The translations under genes were made by a program, and so were the position numbers. Shown here piece after piece: positions 63,530 to 64,000 of a stretch of 64,000 nucleotides of DNA. The stretch is taken from assembly GCF_026210795.1 (NCBI RefSeq), contig NC_089435.1:1488001-1552000 (forward strand), read 5' to 3'. This DNA is from Rhizophagus irregularis (Eukaryota). The notes under the pieces were generated by a model. It saw only the letters and a program-made list of their open reading frames with translations, did no database searches and had not been told where the DNA came from. Within the stretch, counting starts at the first letter, position 1, and each line of letters opens with the position of its first letter.

Positions 63530-63676
63530 TTTGTCCGGAGCGAAGCGAAGGACAATATATGTCTACGCACTATGAAAAAAAAAAATCGATTACGTGAATT
63601 TCTCTGTCCGCCACGTGATCGTCGCCCAATGAAATTGACAAATTTTAGTTTTTCGCTCCGGGTTCCCGTTTCCTAG
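63530..63676 (+). mobile_element. Short Helitron/Helentron-like element related to 6440..6993
   Basis: CCGGAGCGAA / TTCGCTCCGG inverted pair, GCGAAGCGAAGGAC motif, ends CCGTTTCCTAG|T. Confidence 0.5.
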
Positions 63677-64000
63677 TTTAGTTATGTTTATATGAAATCA
63701 ATTAATAAATTAATAAAGTGAACAAACCGATTTATAACTTATAACTTATGTAATATTTGTTGCTGACCTAGCAAAGTCTTTTAAATAAAACTTGTTGTCA
63801 CCTGATCACCACGTTGAGGTGCAGCAAGGGGTGAAGGGAAACGAAAGGGAAAGGGGAAAACGAGTAAGAAATAACAAATAATACTATCAATTATAATATT
63901 TTCTATTCTTAGTAAATGTATATTTATCCCCACACACATGATACCTTATAGAATCCTTACTATAAAACGCCGCACCACAATACCTTAGGTTATTACAAAA

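Overview
Very AT-rich eukaryotic DNA with short GT-AG introns. The gene content (intronless F-box/LRR-like paralogues, a Sel1-repeat kinase, a TKL-type kinase) and the dense transposon debris fit an arbuscular mycorrhizal fungus (Glomeromycotina, Rhizophagus-like); the taxon is an inference. The window holds 4 intact F-box/LRR-like genes plus a pseudogene and several fragments, a 2-TM membrane protein, a ~31-Sel1-repeat kinase, three LINE remnants and many MITE/hAT/MULE/Helitron-like elements. Main discovery: the apparent ~100-bp AT-rich satellite at 31.7-35.0 kb is an array of spliceosomal-type introns separating 32 consecutive 3-nt microexons and one final 1-nt exon. Spliced together they join two normal upstream exons in frame, without stops, to a kinase domain, adding the peptide DWFTYDNQRKLFISGGKFVNNDDRRWKIAYPFE, in which every codon is split across an intron. 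The introns are near-identical while the triplets are highly variable, which suggests a single-residue-resolution diversification system for a kinase N-terminus. A second array of short exon/intron-like units with branch-point hairpins lies inside a TIR element at 55.1-58.4 kb.
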